Shown one piece after another: positions 56,724-64,000 of a DNA stretch of 64,000 nt. Source of the stretch: an uncultured Rickettsiales bacterium (GTDB lineage: Bacteria; Myxococcota_A; UBA796; UBA9615). Under the pieces are notes generated by a model. The model was not told the origin of the DNA, made no database searches, and worked only from the letters and a program-made list of their open reading frames with translations. Within the stretch, counting starts at the first letter, position 1; the number at the start of each line of letters is the position of its first letter. Both the position numbers and the translations under genes were made by a program. The stretch lies in contig CAYQEG010000008.1 in NCBI GenBank assembly GCA_964416435.1, positions 7,120 through 71,119 on the forward strand. Direction: 5' to 3'.

Positions 56724-57680
56724 GTGCGGCCTTTTCCCTCCGCCAGACCTTCCCCGGCGCTCGCCAGAGCTGCGGTTCTCGCGACGGGAATCCTCCTCGT
56801 CGCTGTCAATCGCCCCGTAGACGCGTCCGCCGACGGAGCAGGTGCTGCAGCCGAGCAGCAGCGTGAGAACCCCCACGACCGTCCGGACGGATGTGCGCTG
56901 TGCCACATGCCCTCCGAGTACGCCGACGAGCCGGTCGGAGCCCCGCTTCCGACGGCCGAGAGCTGCGGCGACTGCCACGAAGAGGCGGACATGCACCCCA
57001 CCCATGTTCCGGTGGTGATCGCGACGGTGCCGGACGACTTCCCGCTCGAAGACGGCCTGATCACCTGCTCGACCTGCCACGCAGAACCGGCCTGCAACGG
57101 CAACCGGAGCCGGGTCGCCCCCTGGCGACGCGGTGGACCGTACCCCCACGCCATGTCGTTCTGCTGGCGCTGCCACCCGGCCGAGGAGTACGGCCGCAAC
57201 GATCCCCACCACCCCGCAGAGCGGCGGGCCGACGACGACCCCACGTGCGCCTACTGCCATACGACGCTGCCGGAGTCCGGCGCGCCGATCGCCGAAGCGC
57301 GCCTGCGCACCGACTCGGTCAAGGTCTGCGACACCTGCCACCTCGGTGACGTGCACTACGGCACCGCCACTCACGCCGGGGTGGCGATCGAGGAGGCCGA
57401 CCGCGCCTCCCTCGACCCGAAGATCGAGCTGGACGAGGGCAGCGTCGTGCGGTGCTGGAGCTGCCACGAGGTCCACGGCGACGGCGAAAGACCGCGACCG
57501 GCGGCGACCGACGACGACCGCCCCTCGACCACCGCCCTCCTGCCCGGCCCCGACGCCCTGTGGGTCGACGAGGCGCCCCCGGCCCGGATCCGCCCGACCG
57601 ATCCCGCCCACCCCTCGCTGCTCGTGCTGCCCGCCGATGACGGACAGCTCTGCCGCGCCTGCCACGGAGTCGGCCCGTGA
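56724..57680 (+). CDS. octaheme c-type cytochrome (paralog family A)
   Basis: 8 CXXCH. Shares the ..CSTCHAEPACNGN..GGPYPHAMSFCWRCH block with the other family-A paralogs. Confidence 0.8.
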   Translation: MRPFPSARPSPALARAAVLATGILLVAVNRPVDASADGAGAAAEQQRENPHDRPDGCALCHMPSEYADEPVGAPLPTAESCGDCHEEADMHPTHVPVVIATVPDDFPLEDGLITCSTCHAEPACNGNRSRVAPWRRGGPYPHAMSFCWRCHPAEEYGRNDPHHPAERRADDDPTCAYCHTTLPESGAPIAEARLRTDSVKVCDTCHLGDVHYGTATHAGVAIEEADRASLDPKIELDEGSVVRCWSCHEVHGDGERPRPAATDDDRPSTTALLPGPDALWVDEAPPARIRPTDPAHPSLLVLPADDGQLCRACHGVGP

Positions 57681-60600
57681 GAGAACTCCACCCGCCCCCC
57701 CGCCTCCTCCCCGGGGCGCTGCTGCTGACGCTGGTGTTGTCGCTGCTCGCGGCGACGGCGCTCGGCCAGGAGGCCGTGGCGGATCCCGCTCCGGAGCCCG
57801 ACGCGCCCCTCCCCGAGGCCCTCGCTCCGGCGGACGCCGAAGACTGCCTCGCCTGTCACCGCTTCCGCGGCCTCGCCCGGCTCGACCATGAGACCGGCGA
57901 GCTGCGCCTGTTCTTCTGCAGCGACCGTCACTACGCCCGCCAGGAGGGGCCTCACTCCCGCCTCGCCTGCACCGACTGCCACGAGCGCGAGCCCCTGAGC
58001 GCCGTGCCCCACGAGGATCCGGAGCCGGTCGACTGCTCTCGGAGCTGCCACCTGGCCGGGCCCGGGGGGCTGGAGCTGGAGTTCAGCCACGAGGCGATCG
58101 CCGAGAAGATCGAGCGCAGCGTGCACGCCAGCGAGGCGCTGGCCGACCTGGTGGCCGACGACTCCCCGCTGCGTGAGGGACAGTCCGCCTGCCTCTTCTG
58201 CCACGACGAGCCGGTGTTCCGGGAGGCTGGCGCGGCGGATCCCGCGCACCGCGGCGAGATCATCACGGCGCGCTGCGACAGCTGCCACACCGAAGAGCTG
58301 CCGGTCGACGTCGAGTACTTCCTACGCCACACGGCGGGCCGGCTGCAGAGCGCCCGACCCATCGAGCGGACCGCGGAGGTCTGCGCCGCGTGCCACAGCG
58401 ACCACGCCCTGTCCGACAAGATGGAGCTGCACGACGCCGTCACGAGCTACTTCCACAGCTTCCACGGCAAGGCGAGCCTGCTCGGCAACGCTCTCACCGC
58501 CACCTGCGTCGACTGCCACCGGACCGAGGAGGGCGATGTCCACCTGATGCTCTCGGCCGAGGACCCGGAGTCCCGGACCCACGAGGCCAACCTCGAGACC
58601 ACCTGCCGCACCGCGAACTGCCATCCCAACGCGGTGCCCCAGCTGTCCGCCGCCGGCGTACACCTGTCGATCGATCCGGACGCGCGCACGCCCGAGTTCT
58701 ACGTCATGGCCGCCTTCGTGGTGCTCACGGTCGGCGTGATGACGATCTACTTCCTGCTCGTGCTGCTCGAGCTGCTCAACGCGGCGCTCCGCCCCCACAG
58801 CGAAGAGCACAAGCGCAGGGTCGCCGTCGCCGAAGCCCTGATGCGCACCAAGGAGGGGGGCAGGCGGCTGCTGCGGCTGACGGTCCACCAGCGCTGGCAG
58901 CACTGGGCCCTCGTCCTCAACTTCTTCGTCCTGGTGCTCAGCGGGATGCCGCTGAAGTTCGCGACGAAGCCCGGCATGGCGGCGATCGCCACCCTCTTCG
59001 GCGGCATCGACGGAGCCCGCCTCGCTCACCGCGTGGCGGGTGTGCTCCTGATCCTCGCGTTCCTGTACCACGTGGGCTACGTCGCCTGGCACGCGAAGCG
59101 GGACTGGGCGCGGCGCCGCGAGGAGCAGCCGGAGCGGCCCGCCCGCAAGCGGCTGTTCGACCTCGTCATGGAGTCACCGATGATGGTGACGCCCCGGGAC
59201 CTGGTGCACTTCGGGCAGCTGTTCCTGTACCTGGTAGGGCTGCGCCGGGACCGCCCGATGCACGGCCGCTACCACTTCAGCCAGAAGTTCGAGTACTGGG
59301 CGGTCTTCTGGGGCATGGCGATCATCGGCACGAGCGGGGCGATGCTGTGGGCCTCGGGCTGGGTGACGCAGGTGACCGGCGGACGCTCGCTCAACTTCGC
59401 GTTCATCGTGCACTCCGACGAGGCGTTCCTGGCGCTGATCTACATCTCCGTCGTGCACTTCTTCGCGGTGATCTTCTCGCCGTCGGTGTTCCCCCTCAAC
59501 CTGGGCTCGCTGACCGGCGTGATGCCGCCGGAGGAGCTCGCCGAGCAGCACACCGGTCACCTGCTCACGGTCGCCGAGGAGCTCGGCCTCGACGTCGAGC
59601 GCGCAGCTCCCCACAACGGCACCAGCCTCGGGCTCAACCTCATGCGGCGGGGCTACGCCCTGCTGCTCGCGCTCTTCGTCGCGACGCTGGGGTTCTTCTC
59701 GCTGCGCATGCTGGTCGAGGAGCTGGTCGCCGGACACTCGGTCGTCGAGGTCGAGGAGATCCCGCTGCGGCTCGACGAACGCTCCCTCGCCGCCGCGGAG
59801 GGGGATCACGAGCAGCGCTCCCTGCGGACCGAGCAGTACGCGCGGGGACCGATGTCGCACTACCACGTCATCCCGACCTGGTTCCGACCCGACCCGGGCA
59901 ACGGCTGCTCGTCGTCGGGCTGCCACCAGGCGCTGCCCCACGGCGAACGCAAGGAGGACCGCGCGTTCCTGAACATGCACAGCACGTTCGTGGACTGCCT
60001 GGTCTGCCACCTGGACGAGCCGATGGGGATCGACGACCTGTCCTGGGTCGCGCTGGAGGACCGGGCCGGACGCCCGGCGCCGGCCGTGCTGCGGCTCGCC
60101 GAGGTGCTGCGTCGGCCCTTCCCCGAGGATTCCACCCGCCAGCCCGACGCCGCCGCCGAGCTGCTCGCCCTGACGACGGAGGCCGTCGCCGACACCCTGG
60201 GTGACGACGAGCTGGAACGTTGGCGGCTCGAGCTGGAGACGGCGCGGATCGGCGGTCCTCGCTACCTGCACGTCTACGGAGAGATGCAGCGCTGGATCGG
60301 GCTGCACGGCCACGGCGAGTACGGCGCGAAGGTCGGCCTTCCGGGCCGCGTCTGGACCCCGGACGCCGAGCAGGCCGCCGCCGCGGACGCCCTCGCCGAC
60401 GGCATCGACGACGAGGCGGAGCGCCAGCTTCAGGTCGACATCGTGCACCGCGGGGTGGTCCGACCCGAGGTCCGGTGCACCCGCTGCCACACCGAGAACC
60501 CCACGGTCGTCGACTTCGAGACGCTCGGCTACGCCCAGGAGCGGGCCCACGAGCTGCAGACCCAGGCGGTGGCCCGCCAGTCCGAGGCGATCGAGCAGGG

Positions 60601-60709
60601 CGAGGTCTTCTACCTGCCGTCGGTGCTCGACGGCACCCCGGGCCGGTACGACTCGCCGCTCTGGCAGCACCCCGAGGACGAACTCCCCCCGGAGGACTCC
60701 ACTCCGTGA
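57677..60709 (+). CDS. CbcL-like fusion: periplasmic multiheme c domain + diheme cytochrome b (HydC/FdnI-like, 4-5 TM) membrane domain + C-terminal c-heme domain
   Basis: GTGA overlap. Signal. About 8 CXXCH/CX3-4CH N-terminally. Central TM block with conserved His (..LTVHQRWQHWALVLNFFVLVLSGMPLKF.., ..RLAHRVAGVLLILAFLYHVGY..) typical of Ni/Fe-hydrogenase or formate dehydrogenase b-type subunits. C-terminal CLVCH, CTRCH. Confidence 0.75.
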   Translation: MRELHPPPRLLPGALLLTLVLSLLAATALGQEAVADPAPEPDAPLPEALAPADAEDCLACHRFRGLARLDHETGELRLFFCSDRHYARQEGPHSRLACTDCHEREPLSAVPHEDPEPVDCSRSCHLAGPGGLELEFSHEAIAEKIERSVHASEALADLVADDSPLREGQSACLFCHDEPVFREAGAADPAHRGEIITARCDSCHTEELPVDVEYFLRHTAGRLQSARPIERTAEVCAACHSDHALSDKMELHDAVTSYFHSFHGKASLLGNALTATCVDCHRTEEGDVHLMLSAEDPESRTHEANLETTCRTANCHPNAVPQLSAAGVHLSIDPDARTPEFYVMAAFVVLTVGVMTIYFLLVLLELLNAALRPHSEEHKRRVAVAEALMRTKEGGRRLLRLTVHQRWQHWALVLNFFVLVLSGMPLKFATKPGMAAIATLFGGIDGARLAHRVAGVLLILAFLYHVGYVAWHAKRDWARRREEQPERPARKRLFDLVMESPMMVTPRDLVHFGQLFLYLVGLRRDRPMHGRYHFSQKFEYWAVFWGMAIIGTSGAMLWASGWVTQVTGGRSLNFAFIVHSDEAFLALIYISVVHFFAVIFSPSVFPLNLGSLTGVMPPEELAEQHTGHLLTVAEELGLDVERAAPHNGTSLGLNLMRRGYALLLALFVATLGFFSLRMLVEELVAGHSVVEVEEIPLRLDERSLAAAEGDHEQRSLRTEQYARGPMSHYHVIPTWFRPDPGNGCSSSGCHQALPHGERKEDRAFLNMHSTFVDCLVCHLDEPMGIDDLSWVALEDRAGRPAPAVLRLAEVLRRPFPEDSTRQPDAAAELLALTTEAVADTLGDDELERWRLELETARIGGPRYLHVYGEMQRWIGLHGHGEYGAKVGLPGRVWTPDAEQAAAADALADGIDDEAERQLQVDIVHRGVVRPEVRCTRCHTENPTVVDFETLGYAQERAHELQTQAVARQSEAIEQGEVFYLPSVLDGTPGRYDSPLWQHPEDELPPEDSTP

Positions 60710-63174
60710 GACGGCTCGGCTGGATCGCGGCGCTCGGCCTGGCGGCGATGATGCTGCCGGCGTCGGGCGTGCGTGGCGACGCCGGGCAGATGCTCGTGGC
60801 GCACGACGTGCGCACGTTCGAGGTGACCGACGGGGCGCCGCTGGTGCTGCCGACGTCGGTGGCGGTCACCGACTCGGGCACGGTCTGGGTCGCCGACGGC
60901 GTCAACGACCGGGTCGTCGGGTTCACCCCCGACGGGGCCGTCGCGGAGGTCGTCGACAGCATCGATGGCCGCCCCCTCTCCTCCCCCGGGGCCGTGGAGA
61001 CCCGCGGCGAGGACCTGTGGGTCGCGGACACCGGGGGACGCCGGATCGCCGTGCGCGGGGCCGACGGCGCCGAGCGCTCGATCGAAGTCGCCCCACCGTG
61101 GGGCGAGACGCTCGACGTGACGGACCTGGCGGTCTCGTCGGACGGGCGATGGCTGTGGCTGGTCGACAACGACCACCACCGGGTCATCCGGGGGGATCTC
61201 GACGACGGCACGTGGGCCGCGCTCGGCCGCCTCGGGGCGGGTACGGGGCGCCTGCGCTACCCGTTCACCCTCGCGCTCGCAGACGACGGCGACGTCTACG
61301 TCGGGGACGCGCTCAACGGCCGGCTGAGCGTCTTTACGGCCGCCGGCCGGGCCGGCCGCCCGATCGGCGGCTACGGCGTCTCGGCGGGCCAGCTGTACCG
61401 GCCCAAGGGGATCGCGGCCCAGGACGGGCTGCTCTGGGTGGCCGACGGCACCCTGGGCGTGATCCAGGCGTTCGACCGCGCCGGACCGCTCGTGGACGTG
61501 CTGCGGGAGCCCGACGGGGAGCTGCTGCGCCTCGCCAACCCGGCCGGACTGGACGTGGTCGGCGACCGCATCTTCGTGGTCGAGATGGACGAGGGGCGCG
61601 TCCGCGAGCTCCGGTTCGAGGCCGCCCCCGGGCTGCCCAGGACGCAATCGCGCCCGGGACGCGCCGCGCGGGGCCGGGAGTGCACGGTCTGCCACCTGGA
61701 GCTCGTCCCGGAGCTCGAGCGCGGTGATGAGCGGGCGTTGATCCCGCCGCCGCCGAACCACGAGCAGCAGCCGTGGGTCAGCCGGCCCGAGAACTGCCAG
61801 TCCTGCCACGACGGCACGATCATGGACTCCAGGAAGCGGGTCTGGGCGATGCCCGGTCACCCGAGGGACCAGGAGCCCGAAGAGCCGATGGTCGTGCCCG
61901 ACCAGCTCCCGCTGACGGACGGCATGGTGACCTGCCGGACCTGCCACTCGGCCCACACCCTGGCCGGCTCGGGCAAGGCCCACCGCGACGCCCTCCTGCT
62001 GCGCGTCGACGACCGCCCGTCGGAGCTCTGCGTCGCGTGCCACGGCGAGCCCTTCGAGGACCAGCCCCCGGGCACGAGCCACCCGACCGGAGAGCTCGAG
62101 ACCGCCGACGGAGGGCTGAGCCGCGTCGAGTGCCTGGACTGCCACGGCGCCCACGGCACCACCGACGAGGAGCGGCTGGTCGAGGACGAGCGGGGGGACG
62201 CCTGCCTGGATTGCCACGAGGAGATGCGGACCCGGGCCCCCGGGGAGCACTCTCGAGGCAAGAAGGTCCAGGAGCCCGCCGCGGACCGCACCCTGGCGAA
62301 GCGCGGGCTGCTCCTCCCCGAGGGTCGGGTCGCCTGCCTCAGCTGCCACAAGGCCCACGGCGAAGTGGACGCCGCGGCGCTCTGCGTCACCTGCCACGGC
62401 GGTCACCAGGCCGGCTCCGGGCGCGTCCACAGCTCCGCCAGCTGCCTGGACTGCCACGCGGTGCACGTCGTTCGGCGGGACCGCGTCGTGCAGCGCAAGC
62501 CGTCGCCCGGGGACCCCACCGGCTGCCTCGCCTGCCACGGCCCCGGCACCAAGGCCGAGCCCGACCTCGCCCGCCCCGGGACCGAGGGGCACCCGCTGCT
62601 GGACCAGCCCGGCGGACGGGAGCAGACCGATCCGCCGCTGACCGGCTGCCCCTCCTGCCACGACCCCCATGGCCACTCCGCCGGCGACGCGTCGCTGTGC
62701 GAGCGGTGCCACGACGAGCGGGAGGCCGAGATGGACCGGGGCGGCCACGGCGACGCCACCTGCATCGAGTGCCACCCGGCCCACAACGAGCCGGTCCTCG
62801 CCCACATCGGCGATGAGGTCAACCTGGCCTCCCGGCGGTGCCTCGCCTGTCACGCCGAGGGCTCGGAGGTGGAGCACGACACGCCCCAGGTGGACGCCTA
62901 CCAGCACCCGTCGATGGTGTTCCTGCCCGACGGCACGTCGTGGACGCCCGAGGGCGCGCTGCCGCTGTATGGCTCCGACGGCCGGGAGCTGCCCGCCGGG
63001 CGCAACGGCGACCTGGTGTGCAGCAGCTGCCACCTGACCCACGGCCCGTCGGCCCAGCGGGAAGCGACGGCCCGTCGCCGCGCCGGCTGGGAGGGCGAGT
63101 GCACGCCGTGCCACGGCCCGACGGCGCTGTCCCTCTACCTGTACTTCCACAAGCCCGATCGGCGGGAGGAGTGA
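60706..63174 (+). CDS. NHL-repeat beta-propeller fused to about 16-heme c-type cytochrome (paralog family E)
   Basis: GTGA overlap. Signal VRRLGWIAALGLAAMMLPASG. NHL-like repeats (TVWVADGVNDRVVGF, LWVADTGGRRIAV, VYVGDALNGRLSVF, LWVADGTLGVIQAF). 16 CXXCH. Confidence 0.8.
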   Translation: MRRLGWIAALGLAAMMLPASGVRGDAGQMLVAHDVRTFEVTDGAPLVLPTSVAVTDSGTVWVADGVNDRVVGFTPDGAVAEVVDSIDGRPLSSPGAVETRGEDLWVADTGGRRIAVRGADGAERSIEVAPPWGETLDVTDLAVSSDGRWLWLVDNDHHRVIRGDLDDGTWAALGRLGAGTGRLRYPFTLALADDGDVYVGDALNGRLSVFTAAGRAGRPIGGYGVSAGQLYRPKGIAAQDGLLWVADGTLGVIQAFDRAGPLVDVLREPDGELLRLANPAGLDVVGDRIFVVEMDEGRVRELRFEAAPGLPRTQSRPGRAARGRECTVCHLELVPELERGDERALIPPPPNHEQQPWVSRPENCQSCHDGTIMDSRKRVWAMPGHPRDQEPEEPMVVPDQLPLTDGMVTCRTCHSAHTLAGSGKAHRDALLLRVDDRPSELCVACHGEPFEDQPPGTSHPTGELETADGGLSRVECLDCHGAHGTTDEERLVEDERGDACLDCHEEMRTRAPGEHSRGKKVQEPAADRTLAKRGLLLPEGRVACLSCHKAHGEVDAAALCVTCHGGHQAGSGRVHSSASCLDCHAVHVVRRDRVVQRKPSPGDPTGCLACHGPGTKAEPDLARPGTEGHPLLDQPGGREQTDPPLTGCPSCHDPHGHSAGDASLCERCHDEREAEMDRGGHGDATCIECHPAHNEPVLAHIGDEVNLASRRCLACHAEGSEVEHDTPQVDAYQHPSMVFLPDGTSWTPEGALPLYGSDGRELPAGRNGDLVCSSCHLTHGPSAQREATARRRAGWEGECTPCHGPTALSLYLYFHKPDRREE

Positions 63175-64000
63175 TGCGGCTGCACCTCGTCGCCGTCGTG
63201 ATCCTCGTCGCGGGGCTGCTCGCTCCGACGCCCGCCGTGGCCGACCCGGTCGTCGAGCTCGGCTCGGTGACGAGCATCCAGCTCCGCCAGGACCTGGACC
63301 GCGTGCTTCGCCTGCCGCTGTACGAGGATGTCAGCGCGCGGGTCACGGCCGATCTGCCGGGGACCTGGAGGCTGAGGGCGTCCGCGCTGCTGCGCCTGGA
63401 CACCGTGATCCGCGCTCCCGGAGGCGACGTCGACCTGTACCTGGGGTCGATCCAGCTGCGCCGCGCCCGTCGCGCCGTCCGCTTCGAGATCGGTCGCCAC
63501 CTGCTGCGCACCCCGGCCGGCCTCCGGATGGCCGACGGCGTGAGCGTGACCGCGAGGCCCGCCCGGGCGGTGCGGGTGCAGGGCGCCGCGGCGTGGCTGC
63601 GCGACTGGGAGTTCGACGACTTCGGGTACGGCGGCGAGGTGCTCGTGCAGGGCGGCGTGACGGTCGAGCCGATCCGGGGCCTCTTCGCGTCCGGGCTGCT
63701 CGCGATGCGGGTCGGGCCACAGACGTCCCTCCGCATGGATGCGCAGTTCACCGCCGACGCGGTCCTCCCCGCCCGCTGGGCGCCGCACCCCTGGATCGAC
63801 GGCTCCTTCCGTGTCGACTCGGGCGCGCTGCGCCGCCTGCGCGGCGGCCTGGAGCTGACGCCGAGCGCGCGCACCCGCCTGGAGGTGTTCGGCAGCGTGG
63901 TGAACGTGGCCGATCCCGACGGCACGATGGCCCAGCGCATCCTCCAGCAGATGACCTCGGCGCCGACCGGGTCGGGCGGCCTGCGCGGCTCGATGCGCTT
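63174..64000 (+). CDS. porin-like secreted beta-rich protein, 3'-partial (paralog family D)
   Basis: TGATG overlap. Signal MRLHLVAVVILVAGLLAPTPAVA. Collinear similarity to 49940..51196 (TSIQLRQDLD..PLYE.., GGDVDLYL, AAWLRDWEFDDF). Frame open to window end. Confidence 0.55.
   Translation, partial: MRLHLVAVVILVAGLLAPTPAVADPVVELGSVTSIQLRQDLDRVLRLPLYEDVSARVTADLPGTWRLRASALLRLDTVIRAPGGDVDLYLGSIQLRRARRAVRFEIGRHLLRTPAGLRMADGVSVTARPARAVRVQGAAAWLRDWEFDDFGYGGEVLVQGGVTVEPIRGLFASGLLAMRVGPQTSLRMDAQFTADAVLPARWAPHPWIDGSFRVDSGALRRLRGGLELTPSARTRLEVFGSVVNVADPDGTMAQRILQQMTSAPTGSGGLRGSMR

Noticed and set aside
1-64000. CRISPR arrays, tRNA, rRNA
   Set aside because: No short direct-repeat/spacer periodicity. No cloverleaf-like or rRNA-like conserved stretches noticed. 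The window is essentially all protein-coding.

Overview
High-GC (~72%) bacterial chromosomal window, probably Myxococcota/deltaproteobacterial (many CXXCH cytochromes, Rnf, GldG-like ABC system, GTGA/ATGA-coupled operons). Calls were made by reading the six-frame translations for motifs. No searches were run.

Main content, in order:
- 1..2885: a partial Ala/Pro/Arg-rich low-complexity gene and a hypothetical gene.
- 2916..9393: a divergent pair. One side is a membrane protein with tandem N-terminal MPN+/MPN- (JAMM) domains. The other is two tandem paralogs of FHA-like / TM / lytic-transglycosylase (SLT) proteins.
- 9414..13710: tandem-PilZ protein, an ABC ATPase, an ABC-2 permease and a GldG-like gene.
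- 14805..16324: DnaC/DnaI-like helicase-loader pair.
- 17504..26623, minus strand: the stand-out. An 8-gene operon in which a phage-tail/contractile-injection-system baseplate wedge module (gp25/W, Baseplate_J/gp6, P2-I-like, plus one unknown) is fused to a ubiquitin-like conjugation set: an E1 (ThiF/MoeB fold, C-terminus ends Gly-Gly), a 4-TM zinc-ribbon protein, a beta-grasp Ubl lacking a GG tail, and a UBC-fold E2 with a canonical HPN..C active site. No sheath, tube, spike, capsid or terminase genes are present.
- 27389..42466: a 2-oxoacid:ferredoxin oxidoreductase (korAB-like), then two giant ferredoxin-domain/PFOR-like proteins interleaved with a complete Rnf operon (rnfB-X-CDGEA), then a small Cys-rich membrane protein.
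- 43303..64000: an extraordinary array of about 15 multiheme c-type cytochrome genes (well over 100 CXXCH motifs) built from duplicated gene modules. They include a CbcL-like cytochrome b/c fusion, two NHL-propeller/multiheme fusions, a collagen-like (GXY)15 cytochrome, a NapC/NrfH-like protein and two porin-like paralogs.

No rRNA, tRNA, CRISPR array, or transposase was recognised.

Coordinate caveat: at least one displayed line (41641) has 59 nt, so positions I derived by hand may be off by 1. Gene ends follow the supplied ORF track.
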